IMG/VR virus record: IMGVR_UViG_3300012953_000134 | Location: 1 to 30,413 of that record | Strand: one strand, 5' to 3' | Length of the DNA: 30,413 bases | Origin: a virus | Taxonomy: Duplodnaviria > Caudoviricetes | Shown here: positions 11,601-20,300 of the stretch, piece after piece | Layout: the number at the start of each line of letters is the position of its first letter | Numbering within the stretch: the first letter of the stretch is position 1 | Notes under the pieces: model-generated | Seen by the model: only the letters and a program-made list of their open reading frames with translations | The model's database searches: none | What the model was told of the DNA's origin: nothing | Translations under genes and position numbers: made by a program

Positions 11601-14600
11601 ATTTGTTGGGGTTGGATCTACACCTATGCAATATCAAAGTGCTCAAGGAATTGACACATTACCTGCATCTGTTTTTGCTATTAGAGAAGATGCAGATAAT
11701 TTCTATATTGCAACAACTAGAGCTTTAGCTAATGCTGGAACTGGAGTTACCTTTGTTGGTGTTGGTACAGGAAATGCCCATAAATTATCCATGGATAAAG
11801 CAAATACAAAGGCAATTATTGGTATTAATAATATAATTCAATCCCCATTATCTTTCTCACCAGTTAATCATAGTTTGCAGAATAATATTGAATCTGTTAT
11901 TGGTAGTACTGGTATTGGTACAACATCTACTGTCTTTTCATTAAGTGGAATATCTTCCTTTAGATCGGAAGATATAATTAAAGTTGATGATGAATATATG
12001 AAAATTTTGAATGTTGGTATGGGAGATGATGTATTTGGTCCAATTACAGGTATTGGTACAACAAGTTTAGTTGAAGTTGAGAGAGGATTTGTTGGTACTG
12101 CAGCAACTGCACATACAAATACTACAATTGCTAGACTTTATAAAGGTTCATATCATTTTATTGAGGATGAAATACATTTTGTTGAATCCCCCAGAGGAAA
12201 CCCACAAGCAACTAAAACTATAAATGATTTGGAGTTTCCAACTTCAAAGTTTACTGGAAGAGCATTTTTAAGAAATAATTATGATACTAACCAAATTTAT
12301 GATGATATTTCTCAAGAATTTACTGGTATTCAAACTTCATTTACCTTAAGAGTTGGTGGAGCTAATACTGTTGGATTGGGAACTACTGGTGGTAATGGTC
12401 TTTTACTAATAAACAACATTTATCAAACTCCAACAGCTGACAATAATCCTTCAAATAATTTTGCCATAATAGAGCAAACTTCACCTTCTGGAATAACAAG
12501 TGTTCAATTTACTGGAATTAAAACCACTACAGATTCAACTATTGTTATTAGTGAGTCAGATATCAATCAAAATCAAATACCTAGAGGTGGAGTTATAATT
12601 TCTCTTGGATCTACACCTGGTATGGGATATGCACCACCTGTAGGGGCGATAGCATACCCCTTAACTGGAATTGGGGGTACTCTGTCATCAATAGTTTCTG
12701 TTGCCTCTACAGGAGTTAGTAATTCAATAACTACAGCAAGTTATGATAATGTTACAGGTTTATTGAATATTACAACACAAAATCCTCATAATTTTGAATT
12801 GGGTATTGTAAAGCAAGTTAAATTATCTAGATTGGAATTTGCATGTGCTAATGAACATGCTGGAGTAACAACTTCATTCTTCCCAGAAGCAGCGATAGGT
12901 TCGGGTAGTACAGATCTTTCTTACCCTGTTTTAAGTGTTATTAAAGGTGATTATAAACATTCATTTATAAGTGCAGATAATGATGCTGTAAATGTGACTA
13001 GTGGTTCTGAAAATGGAAACCAAAAAACTCCTAATGAAGCTACATATAATCCTACTAGTGGATTATTGGAGTTAAGTTTCTCTAATGTTCATGGAATGTC
13101 AACAGGTGATACAATTACATTAGATAATAATTCTTTAACATTTACTTGTGATAGAGATAATTACACAACTCAACATGAATATCCACGATCATCTGATCCT
13201 ATTTCTGGAGTTACCACAGCAATAGTTGTTACTTCTACAAAATCGTTTAGTATTAATGTAGGAGCATCACCAACATATAGATTTACAACTAATGTTGGTA
13301 TATGCACTATTCCACATAATTATGTTGGTGGTGGTGATGTGGTACCATACTATAGTGATGCTTTCTATGGGTCTGGTTATACAGGAAGTACAGTTTCTAT
13401 TGGTGTTACTGATACTCCATTTGATCATAAATTCGTGAGTTCATCCAACAATTCCATCCATAAAACAAATTGGAGTGGTACTACACTTACACCAGAATCT
13501 GCAACATATAGTCCTATTAGTGGAGATCTTACGTTAGTTGCATCATCTCATGGATTAACTGATTCTGATGTAGTTGGAATTGTTACCAATTCATTAATGT
13601 TTACATGTTCTAAAGATGATTATAATTCAGAACATCCATATCCAAGAGAGAGTGATCCTGTTTCTGGAATACTTACTGCGGTTACATCATACACATCTAA
13701 TACGTTTACAGTAAATGTTGGATCTAGTGTTGGATCTGGAGGAGCAGTGTCAGCCACAGTAGGTGCTGGTGGCACTTTAACATTCTCAATTACAGGTATA
13801 GGCACAAATTATAATAATCCAGAATTAGTTGTACCTGTGCCTTCTTACGCTGGTCTTGGAATAACTGGAATTTCTAGGTTAGATCAAGGTACAACTACAG
13901 ATTGTGGGGTTGGTTTATTACTTAATGTGGAAGTTGGAGCATGTTCAACAGTTGGTGTGGGTTCTACTTTATTTGGAATTAATAAATGGGAAATTCAAAG
14001 AAATGGATATTCCTTTAGAAAAGGTGATGTATTTAAGATAGTTGGATTGGTAACTGATAGAAGTCTAACTAATCCACTTCATGAAGGTGAATTTACTGTA
14101 GTAGATACATTTACTGATAATTTCACTGCATGGCAATTTGGAGAATTTGACTATATTGATAGTATTAAAAACTTACAAGATGGTTCTAGAACAAGATTTG
14201 AATTGAAATATGATAATGAACTCTTAAGTTTTGATAATATTGGTGTGGGAGCAACTACTAATTATAATGTAAGTCTTAGTAATGCATTAGTAATCTTCAT
14301 AAATGGTGTTCTTCAAGAAGCAGGAACAGCATATGAATTTGAAGGAGGAACTAGTTTTGCATTCTTAGAACCACCTCACCCAGAAGATAATGTTGCAATA
14401 TTCTTTTATAGAGGATCTCCTGGTGAGGATACTACATTAGTAACTGATGTAATACCTTCTATTGAAGAGGGAGATTTACTTCAATTAGAGGGAACAAAGA
14501 CTATTGAGACACAAGATAATAGAACGATTTATGATCTTAAATCTTCTGATATTGTAGAAACTAATTTGTATACTGATGTTGGAATAAGTACTCAAGGTGT

Positions 14601-15660
14601 TGAAAGACCTTTGAATTGGAGTAAGCAAAGATCTGATAAGATTATTGATGGTAAAATAATTACCAAGACAAGAGGATCAAGTGAACCTTTAATATTCCCT
14701 ACTGCAAAAATTATTTCAAATTTATCATCTACAGAAACTTTTGAAATATTTGTAGATAATATAAATTTATTTGGTTATGATGCACCATTTTTCCAAAATT
14801 ATAATGCTTTTGTGGTTGATAATAACACTAATCCAGTTGCTGCTTCATTAACTGCTACTGTTTCCAATACTGGTACAATTTCAGCTATTAATATTGTTAG
14901 TGGTGGTGGTGGATATGTTGGATCAGCAGTTACACTTTCTATTGGTATTCCTACGGTTGGTATTGGTACTTATTTGGAAGTAGATGGAACTGTAGGAATT
15001 GGATCTACAGCTCTTGCATCAGCAACTATAACTAATGGTGAGATTACTAATACAACAGTAAATTATGCAGGTTCTGGATATACTTCAACAAATGTACCTC
15101 AGGTTTTATCTCCATTACCACAATTCAATCATGAATTAATTCGTGATCTTGATACTGTTACGGGATGGACTGGAATTATTACAGGTATTGGTACAACTGT
15201 AGGAGTAGGAACTGATTTAGGTATTGTATTCCATACAAGATCATCCAATTATAATAGTTTGAATGTGGGATATCCAATATGTGTTTTTGATACTAATGTT
15301 GGAACAGGATTAACTTCAATTTATGAATCTGGTAGTGGTGTTGTGGGGATTGGAACCTCATTTGCAAATAACATTTATAAAATTGCACAAATAAGCACTC
15401 CTGGTGGTGGTACATTAGGTGTTATTACTTGTAATATTGCATATGATACTACAGTTAGTGGACTTGCTGTTACAGGAACAGAATATAGTCCTGCTGGTAA
15501 ATTCTCTTTAGGTAGATTAAGTGGAACTATTAGTAGATCATCTAACCCAGTATCAATTGGTGTTAGTGGCTTGACTATAAATTCTGGATTAACTACATTT
15601 CCAACTATTATTAGAAGAGATGAAGGTTATCGAAATAGTGGAGCTATTTCTCCTACATAA
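2620..15660 (+). CDS. gp7: Giant baseplate wedge initiator (gp7-like) with many inserted domains, 4346 aa
   Basis: Lies between gp6 and gp8. Carries gp7-type motifs LYESKGTDESFKLLFNALY (nt ~3223-3279) and DYYQNLSYSIQS...LHTSG (nt ~9883-9975). The rest is G/S/T/N-rich beta-domain repeats. Confidence 0.85.
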   Translation: MIQTGFESRVKIQQILSNQFPDYIKAESPKAIDFLKQYYISQEYQGGNADIINNLDQYLKVDNLTPEVVVGFTTLSAGIGSTDSTIQVSSTKGFPKNYGLLKINDEIITYTGISDDATSFTGCIRGFSGITSYHAELKPQELVFSSSESSSHLSNSNIENLSSLFLKEFYKKQKYTFTPGLEDVDFSPEVNAGNFIKEAKSLYESKGTDESFKLLFNALYAETPKIINLEEYLIKPSSANYVRRQVLIAEPISGDPTKLIGQTLYKLNDLDTNASISEVEPFTRVSIAATQPKLYYKISLFLGYDDSTPTIQGNFTITPTSKAIQTVGIGNSIITVDSTVGFGTTGTLSVGINTNINYTHKSVNQFYGCSGIDDAEISPEDVVRNQDIYFGYEDGDFSKDPVQLRINGVVSKFEQISKSIDVDEGQIIAVKNVGDLIENPPEDRTYKEIFGNSWIYNTSVRFQIQDNTTQDGFDANNVILYQNIDRSSLKLGDGVGIYRRSSNTDISDGKVKVTSLNQDPAKWWRTKTKELKVGVTDPLDFTGEFDIRRKLSLPVSIGASLADSNFISDVQNVYIDNTNKEFYVASNSLPSGSKEIGNRFAYDIFTNVLSDSSSNLVDVITSVAGINTDYKYGAVQFTNNVPFIDGDQVNYNVYGNLPYLGLEDGGIYYVGIASGFSNNTIRIYNSRSLIDTENYIKLETQSGNPFETGHTFTLGSQKSRVISAKNTFRRFPFIPSNNRGEQTKTKEGSTGILINGVEIINYKSNDKIYYGPLESIDVLNSGEDYDVINVPYISVNVGIGTTALIQPVVKGSITKVTVDAQGFDINNIVSVSAIGGGKGGAVLEPIIASKSRNVLFNGALDISSGGGINTSLNTIHFITDHGFRNEQEIIYKSNNQDGIGVGIGTSTLVNNSTYFPHVLNNTTIQLYGSVENALSGINTINFNGTNCSGVHEFVTLPTSKSLTAISVVDGGTFTNRKLIVNYSGISTQYSTVNFKNHGFDEGDTVVYTNTAGAGVTVGDIIPVSGLNTTNQYKVVKIDNDSFYLTDVGIGGTNIENYQIKNYVSLNSTGAGYHNFAYPDISVSVKYSPVGFGTTTQETEEITLTPTIRGNIVDAYLYESGIGYGSTILNFHKKPLISIKNGKDAGIEPIIINGRITGVNLQFGGSEYYSTPSIEITDSSGKGSGAELRPIIVNQKIASVEVINTGIGYSATDTSINVVSAGKNALIGSNVRSLTVNIREKYGSDEILIDNGNTLNYSVCGYANTIRHAFGENVSSGSTQASKIIGWAYDGNPIYGPYAYSNPSIEDNARSMVSGYTLSSNVVDRPSGFDLGYFVDDYEFTNSGDLDRNNGRFGKTPEFPNGVYAYYATIDTTGISTQPVFPYFIGDSYRASELNQEISQDFDFKNSDLMRNTFPYRVSEKYADNDFIIEPNEIENQKIEVESVTSGSITKLNVIDSGEDYKINDILNFNNENTDGSGLSGKVVSIKGKTIDKVSTASSIYQNAIFTWDGNKGTKVTVLPNHNWKTGDNIIVSGLSTTLSDLNGPYKIGVTSITSTLIRPMTPASVGVVTEIYISNIPNNISIGSSVKVESELVKLLNVYEDEKILRVMRNTSGVAHTSTTLLTFTPDSFNINKVTEQYDSELNQKFYFNPFLSVGFGTESGVTSTTTYTFGDTEITQKIPSKSIWAPRHKFKENDEVTFSKSPDGGSDITISDGSFTTQYNLPSTVYISNLTPNTIGIKTGIGTTSGEFTDVFFRGGGSNKYDYLLESNPTKETGRVQKLDATVSVSTYHNLQINDIITLDIKPKLSVGVGTGTTVAVTRNTNDGFILVDRFVFGENNVSSSTSTITITGHKFITGDKIYFEKSTSSPIAEGSYYVYVIDDDNFNLCKTYSNATQNPPIIVTWSGSPAIVYAMAKVNPQIEVVKNNSLVFNLDDSSLLNYKLKFYYDDEFKNEFVSTATTTFNILNEGTIGDGSTGKSTISFNDQSPNVLYYSLERSGFISTSDTTVVNGSQIKFIDSKYNEDYNVTGIADTSFNISLKQNPEKLTYLPTECDSITYKTSSLYAKGGISNVQIVSGGSGYKKLPTFVGSSSTEGNGGYVVSESDEVGDINKIRVINEGFEFSVDNTLEPTAYISPSIVIKDSNKLGVVTVTDGGSGYIKQPNAVIVNSTTGNKINSGFIEVSMVGNAIANINVVRQPSGLPDIPAKIFTTNNSNGVGIKTIMSNNSGIFTCYINTPSIGFNVLPFTVNDDVYVEGIVSIGNSGSGFNSEDNGFNFAKVKEYDTSGLDHKVVVDYTGISTNVGLAVTDQASLASLINKNKYPQFSITQVSDSFIIGEKIIRDSITLDLIITKSDSDFIKILGTDTLFVGDIITGRESGTKATIASISDNYGKYEIQYSVQKNIGWYDNVGKLSEDDQVTPNNDYYQNLSYSIQSSKQFQELRNPVISLLHTSGLKNFADTVISSSSIIETNSSDSSISIRDVITDNRVDTVYNYDFGFDLLESAGASSKFIRLKTKKLSDYIVCESNQVLVVDDISNQFSNLEGEPSDFLNILKVDSNNTYENIFIKVSNLTKTDTQVSELTLLNNGTNISLLENKFLPDDQNIGTFSLIKDQLGDSYIRFIPLPNAFDYDYDLKSINTKYLSDVVGVGTESIGFVDMTGYIGVAPGITNTGLTTTTIHSVDKTQYNSFHVKNQITNLTTNDMEYVELYVTHDGSETYISEYFADNTGFSNEASIGSFKGNIDGSILSLNFENSLSNDIMIKSDIVGFGLTSVGIGTYRFGITNQPDGAERSALYQSTYSNQTASEINVSGLSSSLFDASRSVVQVSAGSTRALHQVIMNHNTTDIYIQQAPFISAGSTSEYDSRLGIGTFGGVFDNDDFKLKFYPNSEFTSSAVEVAAFTLGVYSDFDVVNSDDIQDLNIGTLNQSVNLFQYNALNGDRINRTSFKLTSEKTPIFGKVFDPTNTNILNLNTGKFNIKDHFFRTGEELVYNPYSTFVGVGSTPMQYQSAQGIDTLPASVFAIREDADNFYIATTRALANAGTGVTFVGVGTGNAHKLSMDKANTKAIIGINNIIQSPLSFSPVNHSLQNNIESVIGSTGIGTTSTVFSLSGISSFRSEDIIKVDDEYMKILNVGMGDDVFGPITGIGTTSLVEVERGFVGTAATAHTNTTIARLYKGSYHFIEDEIHFVESPRGNPQATKTINDLEFPTSKFTGRAFLRNNYDTNQIYDDISQEFTGIQTSFTLRVGGANTVGLGTTGGNGLLLINNIYQTPTADNNPSNNFAIIEQTSPSGITSVQFTGIKTTTDSTIVISESDINQNQIPRGGVIISLGSTPGMGYAPPVGAIAYPLTGIGGTLSSIVSVASTGVSNSITTASYDNVTGLLNITTQNPHNFELGIVKQVKLSRLEFACANEHAGVTTSFFPEAAIGSGSTDLSYPVLSVIKGDYKHSFISADNDAVNVTSGSENGNQKTPNEATYNPTSGLLELSFSNVHGMSTGDTITLDNNSLTFTCDRDNYTTQHEYPRSSDPISGVTTAIVVTSTKSFSINVGASPTYRFTTNVGICTIPHNYVGGGDVVPYYSDAFYGSGYTGSTVSIGVTDTPFDHKFVSSSNNSIHKTNWSGTTLTPESATYSPISGDLTLVASSHGLTDSDVVGIVTNSLMFTCSKDDYNSEHPYPRESDPVSGILTAVTSYTSNTFTVNVGSSVGSGGAVSATVGAGGTLTFSITGIGTNYNNPELVVPVPSYAGLGITGISRLDQGTTTDCGVGLLLNVEVGACSTVGVGSTLFGINKWEIQRNGYSFRKGDVFKIVGLVTDRSLTNPLHEGEFTVVDTFTDNFTAWQFGEFDYIDSIKNLQDGSRTRFELKYDNELLSFDNIGVGATTNYNVSLSNALVIFINGVLQEAGTAYEFEGGTSFAFLEPPHPEDNVAIFFYRGSPGEDTTLVTDVIPSIEEGDLLQLEGTKTIETQDNRTIYDLKSSDIVETNLYTDVGISTQGVERPLNWSKQRSDKIIDGKIITKTRGSSEPLIFPTAKIISNLSSTETFEIFVDNINLFGYDAPFFQNYNAFVVDNNTNPVAASLTATVSNTGTISAINIVSGGGGYVGSAVTLSIGIPTVGIGTYLEVDGTVGIGSTALASATITNGEITNTTVNYAGSGYTSTNVPQVLSPLPQFNHELIRDLDTVTGWTGIITGIGTTVGVGTDLGIVFHTRSSNYNSLNVGYPICVFDTNVGTGLTSIYESGSGVVGIGTSFANNIYKIAQISTPGGGTLGVITCNIAYDTTVSGLAVTGTEYSPAGKFSLGRLSGTISRSSNPVSIGVSGLTINSGLTTFPTIIRRDEGYRNSGAISPT
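4534..11580 (+). repeat. Dispersed protein-level repeat H-x-[FLW]-x-x-[GN]-[DE]-x-[IVL]-x-[YFVL] in gp7 (about 8 copies)
   Basis: VPFIDGDQVNY (~4540), HGFRNEQEIIY (~5260), HGFDEGDTVVY (~5608), HNWKTGDNIIV (~7180), HKFKENDEVTF (~7684), HNLQINDIITL (~7987), HKFITGDKIYF (~8170), HFFRTGEELVY (~11554). Confidence 0.7.
12958..13728 (+). repeat. Two ~100-aa repeats (HxF...ATY.P.SG.L.L...HG...NSL.FTC..D.Y...H.YPR.SDP.SG..TA...F..NVG.S) in gp7
   Basis: Copy 1 at 12958-13269 (104 aa) and copy 2 at 13426-13728 (101 aa) align directly in the translation. Confidence 0.9.
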
Positions 15661-15690
15661 TTCAAGTGAAATTTAATTTATATTAACTAT

Positions 15691-15698
15691 TATAAATA
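15691..15698 (+). promoter_or_regulatory. T4-type late promoter upstream of gp8
   Basis: Exact TATAAATA in the 55-nt AT-rich gp7-gp8 gap, 17 nt before ATG 15716. Confidence 0.88.
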
Positions 15699-15715
15699 TC
15701 TAAAAAACTATTAAT

Positions 15716-17323
15716 ATGTCTGCTCAGGTAACAGATCAATTTAGAATATCGAACGCTGGTAATTTTGTAGACTCTGTACTAGATACTAATAATTCTTATT
15801 ATGTTTTTCTAGGTCTTAGTAATCCTACAACTCCAAATCCAGGATTTGGTAGAACATCGGATTGGAATTCTAATAAACCATTAGAACCAGTTGATAATTT
15901 TCAATATGAATCTCAATATAGAAGTACTTCTCTTTTTGGAAAAAAGATTAATAGTACTAATATTAGACGAGTTATTAGAAAAGTTCAATGGATTGCCAAT
16001 ACTCCTTACGATATGTATCGTCAGGATTATAGCGTTTATAATTTAGCACCAATATCACAAACTGCAAGATTATATGATTCAAATTATTATGTAGTTACTA
16101 GTGATTTTAATGTTTATATTTGTATAGACAATGGTAGTTCTGGAGCTCCAGGATCTGCAACTGCTAAACCCAGTAATTCCAAAAATGAACCCACATTTAC
16201 TGATTTGGAACCAACAGCAGCAGGTGATGATGGATATATTTGGAAATTTTTATTTTCAATTAGTCCTAGTGATATTATAAAATTTGATTCTACTGAATAT
16301 ATTGTTGTACCCAATAATTGGGAAACATCTACAAATTCACAAATTCAAAGTGTTAGAGAATCTGCAGATTCTGATATAAACTTTAATAAAATTAAAAAGG
16401 TTTATATTGAAGATGGTGGAAGTGGATATACTGCAAATTTAACAACTACGGTTGATATTCTTGGTGACGGTACGGGTGGTAAAGTGTCTGTTACTACAGA
16501 AAATGGTGTAATTACTAAAGCTGTTGTTACTGCAGGTGGAACAGGATATACTTATGGTATAGTAAACTTAAAAGCGTTTCAACCAGATAGTAAAACATCT
16601 GGATTTGCAAAGTTAATACCTATTATTCCACCATCTAGAGGTCATGGTTATGACATTTATAAAGAATTGGGTGCAGAAAGGGTATTGGTTTATGCAAGAT
16701 TTGATGATTCTACAAAAGATTTTCCTACAGACACTAAATTTTGTCAAGTTGGTATTGTTAAAAATCCATCAACTTATACATCAAAAAATGTTATTTTTAC
16801 AGGAAATCAATATAGTGCTTTAGGATCTCTTAAATTTGATCGTGATTCATTTAATACTAATGAATCCAATTCACTTACAGGTCTTGGTGTAGGATCTACT
16901 ATAACTCAAACAACCACAAATGGTGATGTTGCTCAAGGTTACATAGCATCTTATGATAAGGAAACTGGAGTTTTAAAATATTTTCAAGATAGATCTTTAT
17001 ATTTTGGAAATGATGTTAATCAAACAGATTATATTGGTATTAATACTTTTTCTAAGGTAACGCCATTTGAGGATTCAGATAGATCTATTGTATTTAATGA
17101 TGGTGTAACACAAGATAAAACTATACAAAATACATTTAATGGAATTACAACAACCATATCTCCTGGCAATAAGCAAGTAGATTTAGGTGTTGAATTTCAA
17201 TCTGGTCTTGCAGATCCAGAGATAAATAAAACAACTGGAGATGTCATATATATTGACAATCGAAAGGAAGTCACTAGGGATAGTAGACAAAAAGAAGACA
17301 TTAAGATCATCCTGGAATTTTAA
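15716..17323 (+). CDS. gp8: Baseplate wedge subunit gp8
   Basis: 535 aa with RRVIRK..W....YDMYR.DY, YYVV..DFNVY.CIDN, DGYIWKFLF, PP.RGHG.D and the C-terminal GDVIYIDNR..V.R...QKEDIKIILEF typical of cyanophage gp8. Confidence 0.92.
   Translation: MSAQVTDQFRISNAGNFVDSVLDTNNSYYVFLGLSNPTTPNPGFGRTSDWNSNKPLEPVDNFQYESQYRSTSLFGKKINSTNIRRVIRKVQWIANTPYDMYRQDYSVYNLAPISQTARLYDSNYYVVTSDFNVYICIDNGSSGAPGSATAKPSNSKNEPTFTDLEPTAAGDDGYIWKFLFSISPSDIIKFDSTEYIVVPNNWETSTNSQIQSVRESADSDINFNKIKKVYIEDGGSGYTANLTTTVDILGDGTGGKVSVTTENGVITKAVVTAGGTGYTYGIVNLKAFQPDSKTSGFAKLIPIIPPSRGHGYDIYKELGAERVLVYARFDDSTKDFPTDTKFCQVGIVKNPSTYTSKNVIFTGNQYSALGSLKFDRDSFNTNESNSLTGLGVGSTITQTTTNGDVAQGYIASYDKETGVLKYFQDRSLYFGNDVNQTDYIGINTFSKVTPFEDSDRSIVFNDGVTQDKTIQNTFNGITTTISPGNKQVDLGVEFQSGLADPEINKTTGDVIYIDNRKEVTRDSRQKEDIKIILEF
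17221..17228 (+). promoter_or_regulatory. Candidate late promoter (GATAAATA) inside the 3' end of gp8
   Basis: NATAAATA about 100 nt upstream of ATG 17330. The gap between the genes is only 6 nt. Confidence 0.5.
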
Positions 17324-17329
17324 AGTAAC

Positions 17330-20300
17330 ATGGCACAGAAAAAAGATTTAAATATAAGTCCTTATTATGATGATTTTGATTCTAATAAAAATTTTTATAA
17401 GGTCTTATTTAAACCAGGATTTCCAGTACAAGCTAGGGAATTAACTAATTTACAATCAATTCTTCAAAATCAAATAGAAGAATTTGGAACTCATATGTTT
17501 AAAGAGGGATCTATAGTTATTCCTGGTGCACCAACATATGATGGACAATTTGATTCTGTTATATTAGATGCAAATCAATTTGGTATTGATATATCAGTTT
17601 ATATTGATAGTTTTAAGGGTAAGGTTGTAGAAGGACAAACATCTGGAGTAACAGGAACAATTGATTTTATTTCATTACCTGATGGTGGAGAAATTGAAAA
17701 GTTAACTGTATTTGTAAAATATCTTAATTCTGGTACAAATTCTAATAATTCTACCTTTATTGATGGTGAATCATTAATGTGTAATGAAAATGTAGTTTAT
17801 GGAAATACTACAATTAATGCAGGAAATGCATTTGCCACATTAATATCATCTGGTGCAACTTCGATTGGATCTGCAGCATCTGTAGCTGAGGGTGTATATT
17901 TTATTAGGGGAACTTTTGTAAATGTAGATAAGCAAACTATAATTCTAGATCCTTATACAAATAACCCTTCTTATAGAATTGGATTACAGATTAATGAATC
18001 TATAGTTACTGCTAAGGAAGATAATTCTTTATATGATAATGCAAAGGGATTTACCAATTATGCTGCTCCTGGTGCTGATAGATTTAAAATTGGATTAGTT
18101 TTAACTAAAAAATTAATAAGTGATGTTAATGATACTGATTTTGTTGAAATACTAAGGGTAAGGGATGGTGAAATTAGAAAAATTACTTCCAAAACTAATT
18201 ATAATATAATTAAAGATTGGATAGCAGAAAGAACATTTGAAGAATCTGGAAATTATTCATTGCAGCAATTTGATATTAATGTTCAAAATTCATTAAATGA
18301 TAGATTGGGTAATAATGGTATATTTTTTGAAGGTCAACAAACTGAACAAGGAAATACACCTTCAGATGATTTGATGTGTGTAAAAATTTCTGGTGGTGAA
18401 GCATATGTTAGAGGGTACGATGTTACTACCGATTCTGTAACAATTCTTGATGTAGATAAACCAAGAGATACTCAAAACGTAAAATCAGCAAATATACCAT
18501 TTTCAATGGGTAATATTTTAGTTATTAATAATTTACAAGGTCAACCACAATATAGAAATGTAGTAGAATTACATAAACAATTAGATACAGCATCTTTATC
18601 TTCGACTACTTTAATAGGTAAAGCTAGATTATATTCATGTACTCAGAAAGATGCAATATATGAGAATAATGCAAGTAAATGGAATTTACGTCTTTATGAT
18701 ATACAAACTTATACTGAGTTAACATTAAATAGGGCAGTAAGTAATACTCAAGTAGATACTTCATATCTTATAAAAGGTAAAATTAGTGGTGCTACTGGTT
18801 ATGCAACTGCACAGGGTGGTAATAGCACAACAGTTTTTGTACGTGAAACTTCTGGATCATTTATTAGAGGAGAAGCTATTATTATTCAAGGAAATGCATC
18901 ACTTCCTAGAACTATTACTAATGTTAAGCAATATTCTACTAAGGATATTTTATCAGTTCAGCAATTAGCTTCACAATCAAGTAATCATACTCAAACTTTT
19001 AGGGCAAATGCATTTTTAGAAACTGTATCTATTCCAAATATTGATGAAGTATTAATTTCTGGTGTTGATGCTACTGCATATGGTCAACCTTTTACTGGTA
19101 TTAAAGTTGGTGATATTGTAAGATATAACACTTCAAATACAGATCCTGTATTTAATACTGTAACTGCTATTAGTGCTGATTCATTAAGGTTAACATTAGG
19201 TGCAATTAGTGGTGGTAATGTTTCTGGAATTTATCATTCAGCTGTTGTTACTGGTAGTTATAAATTAAGATTAGGTGTTCCTAGTCTTAATGATAATAAT
19301 CTTGGATTATTTGAAATATTACCAGATCCAAATATAGAATCACTTGATTTTTCATCTTCCACACTTCCTGTTAGTGCTCAAATAACTGGTCAAGCAGTTT
19401 CTAGTGGTGGAGTTGATTTATCTGTTATTGATGTTACAGATGGTTCTAATTCTGGAATTGTAACAGCATTTTTTGAAGGTTATTCTGTACCCAGATATTC
19501 TGTTCATTATGGATCTACTAGTGGTGTAGGTACTGTTAGATCTAGTGATTTTTCATTAGATAATTCTGGAGGTTCAACAGCATCTATTAAAGGTTTAAAA
19601 ACATCAGATTCAAATACTGTTGTTTCTATAACAGCTAAAAAGCAAGGTATTCAAAGTAAGGTAAAAAATTATATTAGAAGTCAAATACAAGAAATAACAT
19701 TATCAAATCTTCCAGAATCTGGAAGTACTGTGGGAACTTCTTTAAATGATAAATTAACATATAATAACACTTGTTATGGTTTAAGAGTTCAAGATCAGGA
19801 TATTTCTTTAAATGTACCTGATGTTGTAAAGGTACTGGCAGTATATGAATCTATTAATGGATTGCGACCATCTTTAGATACTATATCATTCTCTGCAACA
19901 GCTGCTGTTGGAAATAATGCTATTATTGGGGAAAATATAATAGGAAAAACTTCAAATGCTATTGCTAGAGTGGTTACAAATTCTGGTACAACTCCATCTA
20001 CAGATAGTACAAATAAATTAGGTATTGTTTATTTAAACGATAAGAAATTTGTTAATTATGAACAAGTAACATTTCAAGAATCAAATATTGTAACTAGAAT
20101 TGATGGTATTAATACATCTGATAATGAAGCAAAATATCAGAATATAACAAAATCATATAATTTGGATAAGGGTCAAAAAGATCAATATTATGATTATTCC
20201 AGACTAGTTAGAAGAGAAAATTCTAACATTCCTTCAAAGAGATTATTAATAATTTATGATAAGTATGATGTTCCAGCAAGTGATACTGGAGATGTATTTA

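Noticed and set aside
15658-15715. Terminator hairpin in the gp7-gp8 gap
   Set aside because: Only a weak, imperfect AT-rich inverted repeat (AATTCA-AG-TGAAATT) is present, with no GC stem. The gap is explained by the late promoter.
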